Of a stretch of DNA of 64,000 nt, positions 11,328-25,231 are shown piece by piece. Origin of the DNA: Mobula birostris (Eukaryota); the NCBI RefSeq assembly GCF_030028105.1, contig NC_092395.1, positions 43,862,459 to 43,926,458 of the forward strand, in the 5' to 3' direction. The position numbers and the translations under genes were made by a program. The stretch's first letter is position 1; every line of letters starts with the position of its first letter. The notes beneath the pieces were generated by a model. The model was given only the letters and a program-made list of their open reading frames with translations. It searched no databases and had not been told where the DNA came from.

Positions 11328-13439
11328 GACTGTTCATTCATGTCCATAGTTTCTGGCTGACCCGTTGAGTTACTCCAGCAATTTGTGAGTGTTGCACTGT
11401 AAGTGAGCATGTTCTGTTATGTGATATCTACTCATAATACCTAGGTGGTTGACTGAGACCTGTGTCCATAGTCAAGCAAAGTGAGTGAAATGTTTGGCTG
11501 AATCCACTGAAAAAGATTTCTGAAAATCTGGAAGGGAAAGACTGTTCGACCCAAGGAAGGAAGAACGATGCATGAGGCACTGGATTGACAAGGACAGAGG
11601 AAGCTGGAGGTTAATTTCGGGATGAGGGGGATGCCTTGTCTCAAGCAGAAGAAGAAACGTAAAATAAATTGTTAGGGAAATTCAAAAGGTAAGGTAGCAT
11701 CTGTAGAGGGAATTGGACAGAAATAGCTTTGGGTTGGATTCCAGTATCTGGACTGAAAGATAAGAGGGCAGACATCTAGCTTAAAAAGGTGAAGGGAAAT
11801 GGTGGAGCAAGAGGTGGCAATGGATTGATGTGAAGGGTGGGAGTGACAGGTAGATGAAGTAGGGGAAGGTGGAACTGATAACAAAGCTTGGAGGTGATAG
11901 GTGGAGGGAACAAGAGCTGAAGATGATCTAATCTGACAGGAGGGGAAGTTGGGTAATGGAATCAAGTGAGGAAGGTGGAGAGGGCAGATGGGAATGGTGA
12001 TGGAGGGGAGACCAAATGGGAGGTGTGGGTAGTAGATGGGTAGATGTGGTAGGTAAAGGAAGGTACAGAGACTGGGTAATAGGAGTCAGGGAAGGCTTAG
12101 GAAAAAATGGGTAGTCCAGTGTATAGGTAAGTGTATATTGTGTGGGTCAGATGTGTGTGCCTGAAAATTGGCACAGCAGGGAAATGGTTAATAATTAGGA
12201 ATTTGTGTGCCTGTTATGTTGATGGGCAGATACACTCTTGATACTAGATAAGGGGAGAACAACATGTGACTCTGGTCTACTGGATAACATGCCTGAGAGC
12301 AACTAAAAGTGCTGCTTTGTGTAAAAGTAATTAATCACCTTATCTCTAAAAAATGCTTTTTTTTACATTGTTTGGTTGTAAGATTAATAAGATGCATTGT
12401 CCCTGAGGGGGAAAAGGACGGTTGTTAAATGTCTCCTGACCTTGGTACTTGCAGGTATGGAGGATGTATGCTGGCATCATACTTGGCCAGGACTTGGATT
12501 GGCCCGGTTAGGCTCGTGTAAGCATTGGATTGGATGCCTAGCCCCTTCCAGCTGGACTGGGAGGTGCTGATAGTGCTATAAGGGGGGAAAGTTCTTTCTT
12601 GAGTAGACCACTCGAATGGGTCCCACCCTCAGGCCGAGCAGCTGAACCGGCGCCAAGAACCTCCACCCTAGCCAGTCCATTGTCAATTGCCTGCTCGGCA
12701 GTGTAGACTTCTAGGGGTTGCTTAGGCTAGCCCTACCTACTGGTGGTGTAGGTAGTGTACAATATACAGCATTTCTCGCAACTCTCTATTTTCTACTCCG
12801 CATCAACAATAAAGTGAGTGTTGGAGGAACTACCAAGTCTGGGTCCATTTGTTCAAGCGAAACCAAATAGTTGCAGCACCCACCCATCATGTTTATTCTT
12901 ATTGGGTATCAGTTTTCTGGAACAACCAGGTGGAGAGAAAAATGGAAGAGAGGGGGAACACTGTACTGGAAATTAGACAATTTAATTCTCATGCCATTAG
13001 ACTGTAGTTTACCCAGGTGGCATATGAGGTGATGATCCTTCATTTTGTGTTTAGCCTCAACCTGGAAGAGAACAGGGCTGAGAACAGATATATCTGTGCA
13101 GGAACAGGTCCTAAAATTAAATATCTGGCAACTGGGTGCTCCAGATAGTCATGGCACATGGAACACAGGTGCTCAGCAAAGAGGTCTCCCAGATTGTGCC
13201 TGGTCTTACCAAAGTAGGAGAAGCCATATTGGGAGCACTACAAGCAATAACCTAGGCTGGAGGCTTTGCAAGTGATTTTGTATTTACATGTCTCATGGGG
13301 CAGCAGACATCTGATCTTGAAACCTACCTCCATCAGCAAGTCTAACAATTCTAACTTAGCTCCCCCAATTTCTCAATATTTATATTCTAAGAGAAAATCA
13401 CTTTTGTCCATATATCAGTACGAAAGGATCAAAGTTTTA

Positions 13440-14915
13440 GAAGCATAGAAACTTAGAAAACCTACAGCACAATACGGGCCCTTCAGCCCACAATGCTGTG
13501 CCGAACATGTACTTACTTTAGAAATTACCTAGGGTTATCCATAGCCCTATATTTTTCTAAGCTCTATATACCTATCCAGGAGTCTCTTAAAAGACCCTAT
13601 CATACCTGCCTCCATCACTGTCACTGGCAGCCTACTCCACGCACTCACTACTCTCTGCGTAAAAAAACTTTCCCCTGACATCTCCTCTGTACCTACTTCC
13701 AAGCACCTTAAAACTGTGCCTTCTCATGTTACCCCCATTTCAGCCCAGGGAAAAAGCCTCTGATGATCCACATGATCAATGCCTGTAATCATCTTATACA
13801 CCTCCTACAGGCACCTCTCATCCTTCACCGCTCCAAGGAGAAAAGGCTGAGTTCATTCAACATATTCTCGTAAGGTATGCTCTACAATCCAGCACCATCC
13901 TTGTAAATCTCCACTGCACCCTTTCTGTGGTTACCACATCCTTCATGTAGTGAGGCAACCAGAGCTAAGCACAATACTCCAAGCGGGGTCTGACCAGGGT
14001 CCTATATAGCTGCAACATTACTGCTCAACTTCTAACCTCCATCCCACAGTTGACGAAGGCCAATGCACTGTATGCCTTCTTAACCACAGAGTCAACCTGC
14101 ATAGCAGCTTTGAGTGTCCAATGGACTCAGACCCCAAGATCCCTCTGACCCTCCACACAGCCAAGAGTCGTACCATTAATACTATATTCTGCATCATATT
14201 TGACCTATCAAAATGAACCACCTCACACTTATCTGTGTTGAACTCCAAATGCCACTTCTCAGCCAGTTTTGCATCCTATCAATATCCTGCTGTAACCTTT
14301 GACAACCCTCCACACTATCCACAGCACCCCCAACCTTTATGTCATCAGCAAATTTACTAACCCATCCTTCCACTTCCTCATCCAGGTCATTTATAAAGAT
14401 CTCAAAGAGAAGGGGTGTCAGAACAGATCCCTGAGGCACACCACTGGTCACCGGCCTCCATGCAGAATATGACCCGTCTACAACCACTCTTTGCCTTCTG
14501 TGGGCATGCCAGTTCTGGATCAACAAAGCAATGTCCCCTTGGATCCTATGGCTCCTTACTTTCTCAATAAGTCTTGCATGGGGTTGCTTATCGAATGCCT
14601 TGCTGAAATCCATATACACTACATCTACCGCTCTACCTTCATCAATATGTTTAGTCACATCCTTAAAATATACAATCAGGCTCATAAGACACAACCTGCC
14701 TCTGACAAAGCCGTGCTGACTATTCCAAATCATATTCTGCCTCTCCAAATGTTCATAAATTCTGCCTCTCAGGATCTTCTCCAACAACTTACCAACCACT
14801 CACTGGTCTATAATTTCCTGGGCTGTCCCTGCACCCTTTCTTGAATATGGGAACAACATACACAACCCTCCAATCCTGCAGAACCTCTCCTGTCCCCATT
14901 GATGATGCAAAGTTT
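13440..14915 (-). mobile_element. CR1-clade LINE 3' fragment (RT plus tail)
   Basis: ORF 14194-14799 with [21 protein letters not shown] and KFADD; tail near 13440. Confidence 0.9.
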
Positions 14916-14924
14916 ATCTGAGAC

Positions 14925-17800
14925 TATGATGGAGTCATGATACGAGATGGAAATAGAAGCGATTACAAACGAAGAACCTAGGCGATTATGCAGGTGAATT
15001 TACAGTTCAACACCGAACCACAGTTCAGGTGCTCTTTAAATGTTAAATCCCAGTTCCAAAGCATGCCGCCAATTAACAGGGCAGCCTAAATCTTAAAAGG
15101 GGTCGTTCCAGCTATCCATAATCCGAAGAGATAGAACGTATAAAACGCGGAAGTTGGCAGCGCTAGGTGCATGTCTGATAGCAAGTATCCCTCTGCTACG
15201 ACTGACTGCTGACAGCCCTGGCTACATGGAGAGACGATGATAGTAGTCATGAATGAGAGCCGGTTCCGAGATGCCCCTTTCAGGCACCCAGCACCTTTCC
15301 GTGGGTCCGAATCCTTCCCAGTCCACGAGAAGCAGCCGAACACCCCGAAATGTTCATGAATCCTAACTTCTTCTCATGGTGAAACCCTGTTCTTGAATGA
15401 CACACTTGGGTGACAGCGGGACTGATGATCCTGGGGCTAAAGAGCTGGTGTGCACAAGTTTTTTAATTTTAAAGTGTGTTAAGGGGGATTGATATGGAAG
15501 GTCTTTGATGATGCATGGTGTAAGCAACCAGGTTTACATTCTTGAGAACATTGAAGGGATCAATGCACATGGGCGCCAAATTCCTGGACTCCAGCCGGAG
15601 TGACAAAACCTGAGTCGACATCCAGACCTGATGCCCATGCTAAAAAATGGCACCCCGTCTTTTCTTCTGGTTAGTCTTTATTTCAGCTTTATACGTAGAA
15701 GGTAACAAAATTTCCCGTGCTGTAGTCCATTTTTCCTTGCAGGGTTCGATGATATCTTCGGCCGTAGGAACGCAACCTCGGCCATTGGATTGCAGGAGAA
15801 ACCCAGAGTATAGACTCACTATTGCTCCAATCAGCTTACAGAACGTCCTGCAACACATGACGCAAAATGTGGCCTGCGAAGAGACGAATGTTCACCGGAA
15901 AACTGTGCATTCTGAAGACTTGGTGAAAGAGAATTTCGGCCGTCTACGTCGCAAATGGTAGTCTGTGCAAGACAATGTATATGCAGACCTCTGAAAAATA
16001 TTCCAAAATTACGATGATAACGGTCTTCCCCTTGGAAGGAGGAAGACTTGTGATAAACCCTAACTCAGCGTACAACTCCGCTTCAGGGTCTTCACCAGAA
16101 CCTTGAAAAGGGGGAAAAAAACAGATATCGAAGATGGAATACAGCTGCTTCCGAAAGTGCAAGCAAAGATGTCGCCGGTAGGCACCATCATTCTCCTAAG
16201 CTCGCAAAAACATGTTGATATTAAACAGCGGAGTAGCCACTGAGTAAAAATTGTGAATACATCTCTTATAAAAGTTGGCAAACTCCAAGGAGTTCTGAAA
16301 CTGCTTGAAAAAAAGTGAGTGTGGGCCAGTCCTGAACGGTATGAGATTCATCCGGATCCATTAATCTGAGAATGAGACTTTATGTACAGTATATGATATC
16401 CACTCTTCTATGTCTTGACAAACATGGGAGACATGTTCCAATAAGAGGTTGAAAAATCAAAATATGATCTAGGTGCACAAAGACAAACCTGTTTGACATC
16501 CCTTCAAGACATCATTAATGAATGCCTGATATTAATAACTGTTAGGGCGTTAACATCCCAAAGTGTATAACGAGATATTCATAAAATTCGTTGGAGGTAC
16601 TGAATGCCATCTTCCATTCATTGCCCTGAGGAATTGAATTAAATTGTAGACATTCCTGAAATCCAATTTACTGAAAATTTTAACGTCATGCAGTAAATCA
16701 AAGTCTGAGTTCTTTGAGAGCAAGTTGTAAAGATTTGATGTTAATCTTGTTAATATCCCGATAATAAATATCGGGTCTCAGGCTGCTATTGTCTTCGTGT
16801 CAAATAGGAATCCCGCCCATACGGTGGAAATCAAGAGTCTGACAAATCCGCTGTCAACGCCTGTTCGAGGTAATCGTCCATCGGTCATCTCTCAGGACTG
16901 GATAGTGAGAACAGCTTCACTTGGGACGGGCGGGAACCAGGCAATAATCAATAGCCCAATCATAATTACGGAAGGGTGGAAGCGAAGTAGCATTTTTCTT
17001 GCTAAAACTGCATGAGATCTGTTTGTACGTATTTAGAAGGAACTCTCTGAATCTCATTGATATCTTAATTAATTAATTAATATCTTATTAATATTAATAT
17101 ATTAATAGCTACCCCTGACCAGGCAATCACAGAGAATTACTGCAGCAGCCATTAATAACCAAGAATGAGATGGTTTGACGGCATCCAGCGAGTAGGTCGG
17201 CAAAGGATCTGTAGCAGGAAATGTTAAGGCTGGTGAAGCGGAGTTCGGGGGAGGAGTGGTAGTTATGATTGAAGCTGGGGAACTCCTGGCGTCACTCTTG
17301 CAACGGAAGTCCAGACGAATGACTGAATCGACTAGTATATTAAGGTCAAGTACAGCAACTAACATTTCATCTTTAAGATTGCTGTTGACACCTTTGTAGA
17401 ACATGACCGCAAGAACTTCACCATCTATCTACTCTCTAAAGTCATAGCTCCGAATTTGATTCAATTGTCAGCCACAATCTCGCCACCTGTCCGATGTCAG
17501 TAAGTCTCGCAATCGCCTGCTGACCACTGACGGAATGATTAAAGATTATCTTTAAGACAAGCATTCGGGTTCCTCTCTCCCACTGAGCTGTTGCCCATTC
17601 CAGAGCCTCACTAAAGAGGAACAACGTAAGCCATTTAATTCGTTCAGTTGGGTTCTTGTGCGGCATCAGTTCGACCACCAGAGAACACTCGGTATAAACC
17701 CGCGGGACTACTGGCGACTCCTGTTGAAGCGTTTCGAAGTGAGCAAATTTAGGGATCACCAATCGCAAACAAGAAAATCTGCAGACGTTGGAAATCCAAA
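14925..17800 (-). mobile_element. Degenerate Ty3/Gypsy LTR retrotransposon (gag, RT, integrase remnants, LTR-like end)
   Basis: gag-like ALEWATAQWER and DLNILVDSVIRLD; RT-like PPFRNYDWAID and SLRPDIYYRDINKI; integrase-like segment 15570-16200 parallels 36900-37600. Confidence 0.8.
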
Positions 17801-19182
17801 CAACAGACACAAAACGCTGGAGGAACTCACTAGGTATGACAGTATCAATGGAAAATAGTACTGTAGACATTTAGGACCGAAACGTCGAATCTACGCTTTC
17901 CCAAAGATGTTTCCTGGACCAGTGAGATCTGCGAGCATTTCGTGTGTATTTGAAAGACAAATAATTAGAATAAAAGATAAACAATCCCAGGAACACAGTG
18001 GGGAAATTTTATGATCCAAATATAGATGGGCAACAGCAACATAAGAAGCAGAATATCTGAGGAGTGGATGAGAATGTTTTGAAGATCCTTATTCTTCAAA
18101 CTTTTCTTGTCCAATAGGAAGGAGGACAGAGCTGTGGCACTTTATTCTGCACAAATGAAGCAGGGCCTTCTGAAATCTCAGGAAAAGAAGATGTATCTGA
18201 GACTAAAGATCGAGAAGGAGGAAGTCTGGTGATGTCTATTTGCATGGATACAGCAATAAAATAAAGAGAGAGTAACTTGATAGGTTATCGATCAGACTGG
18301 ATGGAAGTGTGAGTACCTACGTGATGGTATGAGGGCGACTTTATCCTTCAAGCATATTAATGACTTGCACTTGGCTTCAGTGGGCTCAACCTTCAGAATT
18401 ACTGTTTGTATAAAGCTGGAAGAACAATCAATTTAAAGAATGATAATAATAAACTTTAAGAACACGAAGACTGGCTGGTAGAGTGGCTAGGTGAAAGAAA
18501 GAAACAGAGATCCGATGAAAATTGGAGCAGGACTTGGTTTTCAGCCCCTTGGACTGCTGCCCAATTCAATAGAATTATAGCTGGTCATCCTTTTCAAAAC
18601 CTTTTCACAAATTCTCCCATTATCCTTTGTGCCACATCAATGTAGTGATGTGGGGGGAAGGTGGGAGCCCAGACTAATGTGAATACTCATCCATGACCGT
18701 GATGACCTGGCCTTCACCTACTTCAGGGGCAGAAAGATCAGTAGATATTTGTAATTTAGTTCTGAAGTTTATTCCCTGAACCCGATGACCCACTGACTTT
18801 GACCACTCCAGTGATTGGTGAAGCTTCTCAAGAATGGTTCTGTTCGGTCCTGTCTGAATTTTACAGTTCAGAGTTTGATCTTTCACTTGTCTGTGCTCCG
18901 ATAAATGTCTGCTAGAGTAAACTAGTCTTTCTTCATACTGAAGTTTTGAAATTGACAAGGACAAGGAACGTACCCTGCTTGGGCACTTCATTGTCCATCG
19001 CTGAAATTGGATTGGAGCCCCACTACGACAAATTGTCTCTATAATCAGTGACCAATCTGCCACACTGAATCTTTAGTCGATAGTTACGGAACCAAAACGG
19101 GAGTAGGCATCGTAGGGTCCAGATCAAATACAGATCTTCTCTCTGTATGACAATATTCAGGTTTGTTCTGTTCACCAAAAAC

Positions 19183-19310
19183 ATGCAAATCTTATCCAGC
19201 GTATTACTGTTTAATCTGTCTACTCTCACTCATCAGCAAAGGGGGAGGAGGTCATTGTCAATGTTATCATGTAGCAATTTGACAGCAATAATCTGTTCAC
19301 TGGTGCATAG
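19183..19310 (+). promoter_or_regulatory. Perfect octamer ATGCAAAT followed by leader-like exon
   Basis: Octamer 19183-19190; ATG at 19261 begins hydrophobic MLSCSNLTAIICSLVH; paralogous to 8918-9030. Confidence 0.4.
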
Positions 19311-19739
19311 CTTGAAATTCTTAGAATTAATTGACTTTAAATCTGCACACAAGCCAGTAAAATGCAGAGGAACAGATATTTAGGCAAACCAGAGAAAGTT
19401 GCCTGAGCCAGGGTGTTATAGCAATGGGGATTTTAACCTCTTTATGGACAGGGAATGTCTCAGAAGGAGGGGCTTAGATGGGTGGAATGTATAAAGTGCA
19501 TTGGAAGATGTTTTCGGCCAATAAATAGTCCTGTTAAGACTTTCCTGCATTGGAATCTGCCTTGGGAAGGTGGGTCAAGATGATAGCTGATGAGGACATC
19601 CAAACTGTTACAATGCGGATTGTAGAAATAGTTCACCACAGCCACAAAAGCTTGGGTAGGTTCAATCTCATGGAGTGCCTGCATATACAATCAGGATTTA
19701 TTCAGATGGAATAACTGAAAGATTTAGCTTTAGTTCCAG

Positions 19740-19990
19740 TTCCAAACTAAATCAATAGATATCCCCCAGAGAATGCAACAACCATCCATGCTCTGGGATT
19801 GCAAATTAAAGCTCAGTCAGGATGTCCACTCTCCTGCTCACTATCAGTGACCCTGGATGCTGGGTGTATGATGAGGATAATATTGGGCCAGATGGGTTTG
19901 TTTGAATTTGTCTGTCCACCTTCCTATGGGAAGAGTGGTCACTGGTCAGTGAGACAAATAGTGTTGAACTCCTCAGAGACTGAGGGAAAG
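19740..19990 (+). pseudogene. Possible decayed V-like exon
   Basis: ttagctttagttccag| then aaactaaatcaat (11076 relic: aaagtcaatcaat) and gataatattgggccagatgg (relic: gaccatattggacaggatag); many disruptions. Confidence 0.3.
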
Positions 19991-20534
19991 CTGGGCCTCA
20001 CAAAGAATAAAACTGAATGGTTTAACTCAGGACAGATGTGCAAAGTGAGAGTGGTCATGAAGCCAGGTTTTAGGTCCTAGATCATGGTGTGCGGAAACCA
20101 CAGTGAACACATCTCCAGATTTCAAAGGTTGGATCTAAACAAGGTGCACAATGGAAGGGCAGCAAAATTTACTGTTGTTAATGCGAAGGAGAAATTACCT
20201 ACAAATAAATATCTACTTAAAATTTCTTATAAACTTCTAGGAAGTAATGTAAATAGTGTGTATGATTTCCAGTTTTACATGTTGTATTTCTTTGTATATT
20301 CTGCTGTCAGATGTTTACTTCGTGTTTTACAGGCCCAGATGAGAGGGGAGGAATTGAATAAATGTCCCATATTCAATGCTTCCTATGATCATGCACACAA
20401 TAATAAATGTCCTCCTTTTTCAAAGGAAGTTTTATTGATTTATGCTACCACTTCATGTCTTTGTGAACCTCCAGGTTCAGTTTTTTTTCATTATTGTGAA
20501 GCGGTCTATTGATATTTTGTGGTACTGACAGGCA

Positions 20535-21960
20535 CACAAACAAAAAATGCCGTAAGGACTCAGGCAGCATGTATGCAGGGATATAAACAGTTGACATTAC
20601 AGGCCGGGACCCTTTATCAAAAAGAGCCAGACTAAGAAAGTTTGGATGGCAGAGGCTGCGGGGAGGGCAAGGGGCAGGTTATAAGTGAGACAAAGTGAGG
20701 AGGTTAGTGGGAGAGGTGGATGATGCAAGAATCTGAAAGGTTATAGGTGAAAGAGACAGAGCACTGAAGAAGTAGGAATCGAAGAGAAAGTGACAGTGGA
20801 GCAAGGATCAAAAAGAAGGGGGTCCCACCAAGAGATGATAGTCCTGAGGGCGGAGGAGGAGAACAGAAATGGTGAAAAGGTAACCTGAAAGTTAATGGTG
20901 AAAAGAGAAGCTGGCGGGGGGAGAATGGAGTAGTGGAGACTATTTGATGTTATTGAAATTGAGGGTCATGCCATGAGGTTCGAGGACAACAAGACGGAAG
21001 ATGATTTGTTACTCCTCCAATCTGACTTTGGACTCAGCAGGGCAGCAGAGTAGTTCAATTGAAATAGCGGCTACAAGGATATAATGACTTTGGCGGAGAG
21101 CAGAGGGAAGATGCTTGACAGAGTGGTCAGCCAACATTTTTCTGGTCTCACCAATATAGCGAAGGCCACACCGTGAGCACCAATGCAATAGATGACCCAG
21201 ACAGACTCGCAGGTGAAGTATTGACTCACCTTGAAGGAATGTTTGAGGCCCTGAATGGTGATGATGGAGGAGTAGCACTTGTGACAGTGGCTCAGATAAG
21301 TGCCAGGAGGAAGAATAGTAGGGAGCGATGAGCAGACAAGTGAATAATGCAGTAGCAATCTCTATGGAAAGAAGTGAGGTATGCCTATTGATGGGATCTC
21401 AAACGAGACGGCAGATTGGCAAACAATTATATGCTGGATGTTTATGTCAAAGCCATGCTGGGGGATTAACTAGCCCTGTTACAATGGCCAGAAGTTGGGA
21501 TAAGCGCAGATGTGTGGGAAATGAATGTGATGTGGGTGAGGGCAGCATGATGAAAGAGATGAATGAGATTCCTTTTTAAATAAAAGAGGACATCTCAGAT
21601 GTTCTAGAATGGAAAGTCGGAGACCAGATGCAGCATAGATATAGGAACTGAAAAAAAGTAGTAACACTTTTACACGTATATGGATGGGAAACAAGTAGTC
21701 AAGATATATGTGGGAGTTGGTGGCATTGTAAAAAATGGCAATATATTCTCTATCTCTGGAGATGTGGTACTGTGTGAGTTGCTGAATATTTCCAGCAGCA
21801 GATCTCTCTGCTGTGGCATTGAATTGGCAGGTTGGCAGTATGTTCCATTTTACCCCAACATATTTTCACAGAGACCTGTGTGGATTGTAATGTGCTCAGT
21901 GCAGACAACGTGCAATGGGAGCAGTAAAGGTCTGCTGGAAATGCGATGATACTCAAGTGA
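20535..21960 (-). mobile_element. Penelope-like element fragment (GIY-YIG end and tail)
   Basis: WCSRCGLRYIGETRK motif and family tail (gatgctgcctga..ctg..gagt). Confidence 0.75.
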
Positions 21961-22789
21961 TGAATTCCACACTAGAATGGCCAGTACTGACATCACCTCT
22001 CTCGTTTCTAAATGTAAAGAGCTCTGGCTAAGTGGGATTGTTTCCTGGAGCTCTGTGTCCTCAGAAACACACCGTCACCCTTATGATACAGAGGTGGCCC
22101 TCCATCACAGTCCCCCCTTATATTCATGGACAGGAGCTCTCCACTCCATCGGCAGACTGCAGCCACAAAATATCTGACCGCACGGTGTGATTGCTGTCAG
22201 GTCTTTGTTCACTGTTCAATTGTTGCTTCATTATTGTGGTCCTGGGTAAGGACTGTCAAATTTTTCAAGAGTTGCTTTTTTTTTTGGTTTTGGAAATGTT
22301 TCATAATGTTTCGTGAAATCCATGCGTGTGTGTATATATAAGACTAATATAGGAGCCAGAGGGCCAGATGCTTAGAGGATCTGGGTTATATGTCTTCCTG
22401 GGGGACATGGTTTTGGAGTGATTAGTAATGTAGGAGCTGGGGCTAAATTTCCATTCTCAAGGAAATTTTCCACCCTACAGAAATGTGGAGGCATCCACAG
22501 TGAATACATTCAGGGTTGAGTTAGACTGATTGTTGGCCTGCTGTGGAGTTGTGTATGTACAGGGAACATGGGACGCTTCTTTCCTTACCCTTCCTCCTCA
22601 TTACATTTATTCTGGCGTGTTTCCCCTTTCTTTTTAGTCCTCATGAAGGGTTTCACCTCAAAATATTCATTTCCTTCAATGCTGTCTGGCCTGCTGGAGA
22701 TCCTCCAGCATTTTGTGTGTAAGTAAACATATTCCTGCATTAGCTTTTGCTGTCTTGTACATGTGTGGAGACGGAAGATGTTACAGAGG

Positions 22790-23660
22790 GAAGCAAAGTT
22801 GTTATGAAACCCGACCTCCTCCTTATAACGTGAGTGCTCTCAGAGGTCTCGACTAACAAACTTACTTATGCCCATCACTCCTACTGGGGCATAGCCCACT
22901 GACACCAGCTGGTCAGAGTTCTCTCCACTGGGCCACTCTTTCAAGTTGTTCATGGCAGTAGAGGAGGCCATGTATGGGCATATCCAAATGGGAATGGGAA
23001 GCAGAGTTGAAGTGGGTGGCAACTAGAGATCCTGTCTGTTGTGGCGGATGGAGTGGAGGTGCTTGACGAAGCGGTCCCCCAATCTGCGTCGGATTTCACC
23101 AATGTAGTGGAGGTCATGGCCTCCCAGTTGCCACCCTCTTCAACTCTGCTTCCCATTCCCATTCGGATATGTCCATATATAGCCTCCTCTATTGCCATGA
23201 TGAGGCTAAACTCTGGTTGGAGGAGCAACTCCTCATATACCGTTTAGGTAGTCTCCATCCCCTTGGTATGAACATAGAATTCTCTAACTTCTGGTAATTC
23301 CCTCCCCCTCCCTTCCCCTATCCCTATTTCACTCTGTCCCCTCTCCCAGCTGCCTATTACCTCCCTGATGGTTCCACCTCCTTCTACTACCCATTGTGTT
23401 TTCCCCTATTCCTTCTTCACCTTTCCTTCCTATCATCTCCCTGCTTTCCCTCCCCCACCCCTTTATCTTTCCCCTTACTGGTTTTTCACCTGGAACCTGC
23501 CAGCCTTCCCCTTCCCACCCACCCCCGCCTTCTTTATAGGGACTCTGCCACTTCGCTCTTGGGTCCTGACAAATGGTTCTGGCCGGAAACTTCGACTAAT
23601 TGTTTCCACGGATGCTGCCTGACCTGTTGAGTTCTTCCAGCGTGTTGTGAGTGTTGCTAG
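22790..23660. mobile_element. Penelope-like element with internal inversion
   Basis: GIY-YIG coding piece on minus strand (HYIGEIRRRLGDRFVKHL) joined to a plus-strand 3' end and tail; inverted arms 22951-23024 and 23126-23199. Confidence 0.75.
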
Positions 23661-24563
23661 GATCCCTCTGTAGCTTGCTATAATCGTACTATTGGTTGTG
23701 CTTGTACGGCATCTTATTTTAGCCGACTGCCCTTATGAAATTTATTGTGATACTTCCACCACTTAAACCATTATACTTTAGTCAGTAAGTGAGCTTGCTA
23801 CCTGTATTTAGTTGTGTATTTTATTTTCCTGTATATTCTACCAAAGAGGAATCAACGGGTGGAGTGTAAGTAAAAAGTTAAAATTAATTCCTTCTCGGTA
23901 TATGCTATATATGCATACACAGTAGAGTTTCGTAACATGTAGTCTGGAATGTGGAAATGTTTTGAGAAAGGACAAGGGCCCACATGTCCACAGCAATGTT
24001 TGGCGAACTTAATGTAGGCACTAGACCGTGGTCATGTGAGTAGATAATGGTGGAGCACATTTTATGTGGGAAGGCAAGATGACTCAGCAGCTGAAGATAC
24101 CATTTGGCTTGCCATGGGAAAGTACCAGGTCAAAGGGCTTGAATGGCATTAAACGGGGCAATGGAATGCGTTGGAATCTTCTCCTCTGCTATGTCTCGAC
24201 TAGTGCTAGGGTTGGAAATAGGTACAAGGACATCGAGAGAGAGCCATCCCTCACCACTCCGACCTCATCTTCGTTGTTTCTCGGGCACTTTTTCTTACCT
24301 CATCAGTTCTGTCCACCCCAGGTCTCTCTGATTATTTGTCTCTCTGACTCTTCCTCTCTTCCCCCGTCCCCTCCTCCCCTCCTTCCCTCCCCCTTCCAAC
24401 GGCAAGACGGTAGGATTTCTGACGTTATTTGAACTCTCGGACTTCACTGGTCGGTGCTGTTCAGTCCGCGCGAGTCTCCTCCCTCTTCCCACCCGGATGA
24501 GAATGGGAAGAGCGAACAAGAGAAAAATATGCATACACGGAAATCATTCCTGCACTAAACACC

Positions 24564-24569
24564 TTTATT
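24564..24569 (-). terminator. Polyadenylation signal of cluster 2 C gene
   Basis: AATAAA on minus strand about 340 nt after the C2 stop; context homologous to 903-908. Confidence 0.7.
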
Positions 24570-24908
24570 AGAAGTTTGTGGCCGTTACCATCTGTCAGTC
24601 TGATATTGCTGAGAAATTATGAGCAGATTAATTAATAACTTTAATTAGATTAAAGTTATTAGCTGATTCACTGGTTGATAGCTCTAATGATGACAGGTGA
24701 CAGGCCACTTTTACCCCACGTAGCTTCTCGGAGGGTGAAACGGAACAAAATCAGCCTCGCTACAAATATTCTAACAACAAAGTGGAAATCAGAGAGAACT
24801 GATCAGAATTTAGGAGTACAGTGAAAGGAGTGGTATGGTGGGTGAAAATGCTGGTAAAAAGTAATATCCTGTTTTTCGGAGCAAACAAGTCCGATGCCGC
24901 GCTCTGTT

Positions 24909-25231
24909 TTAACAACTGGAATGTGCAACTGTTGCGGATGTTGTTGAGGCTGCACCTAGTTTAACCACGCAGGAGTATACCTTGCCGCTACTCCAGTCTG
25001 TGCCGGGCACCGTCAGGTCGCTGCTGAGACTGAAAGTGCTGTCCGTGTTCCGCTTCACTGCGCTTGTTTTCAGCTCACGGCTGGTCGGACTCCCGTCCAC
25101 TGTCCAGCTGACGACAGGGAAGCCCACCGATAGCTTACTGACCAGGCAAACTAAGGTGCCGGTTCCTTTAGCGGAGATCTCCTCGGCTGACGGCCCAAAC
25201 AATTTTACTGAAGGGTCCGGGAGCTGTTGAT
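24909..25231 (-). CDS. Ig light-chain constant exon C2 (sigma-type cluster), 107 aa, open frame
   Basis: Acceptor tgtctcctattgttcccgatccag| then DQQLPDPSVKLFGPSAEEI...TLVCLVS...VSWTV...YSC...HSSC*; 323 bp; 75 of 107 residues identical to C1 by hand alignment. Confidence 0.96.

Noticed and set aside
18238-18245. ATTTGCAT octamer
   Set aside because: Inside a decayed CR1 RT remnant, with no leader or V downstream.
18674-19063. 129-aa minus-strand ORF downstream of the 19183 octamer
   Set aside because: No signal peptide, splice sites or V motifs in any frame I checked.
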